A stretch of DNA of 64,000 bases from assembly GCA_038087875.1 (NCBI GenBank), contig CM075977.1, positions 229,338,001 through 229,402,000 of the forward strand, given 5' to 3'. Every line of letters starts with the position of its first letter. The first letter of the stretch is position 1. The notes beneath the pieces are model-generated. The model ran no database searches and had not been told where the DNA came from. It worked only from the letters and a program-made list of their open reading frames with translations. Source of the stretch: Malacoraja senta (lineage: Eukaryota). Position numbers and translations under genes: made by a program. This document shows positions 61,891 through 64,000 of this stretch, piece after piece.

Positions 61891-62185
61891 TCAAGAGCCG
61901 TGAGTCAACTGCCAGCCCACCAGCCGTGAGAGAGCTGTCAGCACATCAGGCTTGAGGGACTGAGCTGCCACCGCAAGAATCCATTTGGCCCACAATGTCC
62001 ATCGTAGCCCTCTGGAGACCAGTTGTCCCTGCATCCAACAACATCCATACCAGCGCTCCAGAAAGCTCCCCCCCCCCCACCCCCACTGGCCACCAATATT
62101 GGAATTGGCAGAGAGGTGGAATATTGCGTCGGGGTACCAGCCCTCCCATGTGAACATGGGACCCAACGGTTCCCACTTAGTCTAG

Positions 62186-63220
62186 TACACAGTAAATGTT
62201 AGGACCCTAGAAAGTATTGTAGAATGCAGGGGCTTAGAGTTACAGGTATATAGTTCCCTGAAAGTGGCAACACAGATAGAAAGGGGGGTGGAGATGAAGA
62301 AGGAGTTTGGCACACTTCCCTTTATTGGTTAGGGGCATTAACTATAGAAATTTGGACGCCATGTTGCAGTTCTATAAGAGAACGAGCTACCAGAATGAGT
62401 TCTAGAGGTGGATATAGTTAAAATGTTTAAAAACATTTGGACAGATAAGCAGATAGAAAAGGTTCAGAGGGATAGGGGAAACTGGGCTAGCTCAGTTTGA
62501 CATGTTGGTTAGCATGAGGGAGATGGGCTGAAGGGCATATTTATGTGCGGCATAGCTCTATGACTGCGTTAATGAGAAATATATCTTTGATTGATCATAT
62601 ATTTTGTTGCAGCTGCAAGAATTGCAACCAAAAGCCAACTTTACCTGGAGAACCCCAATGCAAACCCCCACCTCCCCCTGCAGACACCTGCTACGGCTGT
62701 GACATCTAGAGAATGCCTATTCCGTAAAAACACCATGGGAACCAAATGGATGGTGCGTGGAATCCCAAACGCCACTGGAATCCACAGCCTACAGCGCCCT
62801 CTACTGAAACATGATTCCGCCTCCATGTCAGATGTTTTTCCCATAACGACATTGTGTTTCTTAATGCATTTTTAGCTTTATATAGTTGCATTTGCTTTTT
62901 TATCTTCATTGAACAAATAAAATGCTTCCTTGCTTCAAAACTTGTTTTGTGCAAATCCCGTTCTTTGACTTGTAGCATCATTTCTAATTTGTCATAGTTT
63001 GCTTTTACTTTTTTTGATGACAAACAAAATGAAGGCCACATGTCAATGCAGCAGACCACCACTCAGTAAGTTTTGTGCGAACGGGAGTTGCAGAAATATC
63101 TTAACATATGGGCCTGAATTCAGCAGCAAAGCAAAAACACCCACTATTCCAGGGAATTGCTGGTAAGTAGTGTCTTCAAGCGGACAGTTACTCATAAGTC
63201 ACAAACAGAATGCAAAAGGT
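62186..63220 (+). repeat. About 1-kb duplication of 57999-59040 (CR1 remnant, gene D exon 4 and 3' UTR), offset 4188
   Basis: Colinear from tacacagtaaatg to cagaatgcaaaaggt. Confidence 0.95.
62613..62709 (+). CDS. Duplicate of gene D exon 4: (F)CKNCNQKPTLPGEPQCKPPPPPADTCYGCDI*
   Basis: Same acceptor, frame, stop and AATAAA. Two coding differences (GGT/GGA silent, CGT/TGT Arg to Cys). Confidence 0.45.
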
Positions 63221-64000
63221 AGCAATGTTACAAAATTTTGAGATTTTAAAAATAAAGTCTGCAATTTATCCCATCAGATAAAGCATAAAAAGAAGTTTAA
63301 TTTGACACTTAATTCACTTTCATATCTTCAGTATTAAAAAAGTTATGGCCATTATCATACTCAGAAATTAGCATCTAGTTCCCTATTGCTTTTCCATTGA
63401 CTTAACACAAAAGCTGTGATCGGGGACAGTTAAAAGCCCATAACTTTCTTAAAAATTATGATAACTGAAAGAAATTTTCAGTTATTATAGATTGAAGCAT
63501 TCTGAAACAAATATGAAACAATCTTACTTCGAAGACATGAAAGTAAAGCATATAATTAGTTAGTTACCTAATTGTAGCTAATTACAAAATTCAATTACTA
63601 GATCTAAACATCTATCAATTTCTTAAGAATAGATTAACATTTTTAAATAGCCTAAGTGTCCAAATAACATTCACACAATAATTCACAATATAACATAATT
63701 TTTAAATCTAATTTTCATGAATTACAGGCCAAATGGAAGGAATTGAATGTTTAATACCTGTAAATTAATGGGCATTTAATTCATCTTGCGAGTGAGGTTT
63801 TCTGGAACGCGATCTTTTGGAACGTTGATTTGCGGTGAATTTAACCCCGTATTGGCATGACAAATACTGCCGTTAATTCGGGGAATAAAATCACCGTGTC
63901 GCATGAAAAAATGTGAATTAAAGGCTTCTTAAGAAGCACTTTTATACATTTAAAGAAACCACTTTCGTTTACCTGTCCCGTGTGTGAAATCTGTCCCCGT
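63221..64000. repeat. AT-rich block, probably an unclassified interspersed repeat running off the window
   Basis: Starts abruptly where the duplication ends, with no coding signal. Repeat status is by recognition only. Confidence 0.35.

Larger units (their letters stand above)
60334..62185 (+). mobile_element. Non-autonomous Helitron
   Basis: A|TCTATATTACTAAAA 5' end. Subterminal hairpin tgggacccaacggttccca followed by CTAG|T. Inserted between A and T, no TSD. Confidence 0.75.

Noticed and set aside
61354-61894. Periodic ORFs (LKWYETALEFGGLAPC)n and regularly spaced repeats resembling CRISPR or a repeat protein
   Set aside because: A head-to-tail 48-bp minisatellite with no unique spacers, inside a Helitron in eukaryotic DNA. 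The ORFs follow from the unit length being divisible by 3.

Overview
Eukaryotic, repeat-rich vertebrate DNA. The repeat content (V-SINEs with CR1 tails, CR1, Rex1/Babar, L1, DIRS, Tc1, Penelope remnants) suggests a cartilaginous fish, probably a skate or ray; the taxon is an inference. There is one 200-N assembly gap (34469-34668). The ORF track misses the main biology because it is spliced. The + strand carries a tandem cluster of at least four ELR-negative CXC-chemokine-like genes, each with a phase-1 signal-peptide exon (64 coding nt in A, C and D) and the family's phase-1/phase-2 intron pattern. Gene A (3761-10182, possibly to 10771) has Cys3 replaced by Tyr and a DIRS element in intron 1. 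Gene B (15781-16791) keeps all four Cys but has lost its start ATG. Gene C (31031-32063) is intact, acidic and carries three N-glycosylation sequons. Gene D (40159-58521) keeps CxC, has lost both Cys3 and Cys4, and has a Cys/Pro-rich terminal exon that is itself duplicated (62613-62709). B and C differ at about 18% of exon-2 bases, almost all non-synonymous, but only about 2% of intron-2 bases. The rest is segmental duplication and transposons, many with readable termini, TSDs or empty sites: two DIRS elements, a four-level L1>Harbinger MITE>Tc1>L1 nest, a CR1>hAT MITE>CR1 nest and a non-autonomous Helitron. All gene models were built and counted by hand, orthology was not assigned, and no database searches were run.
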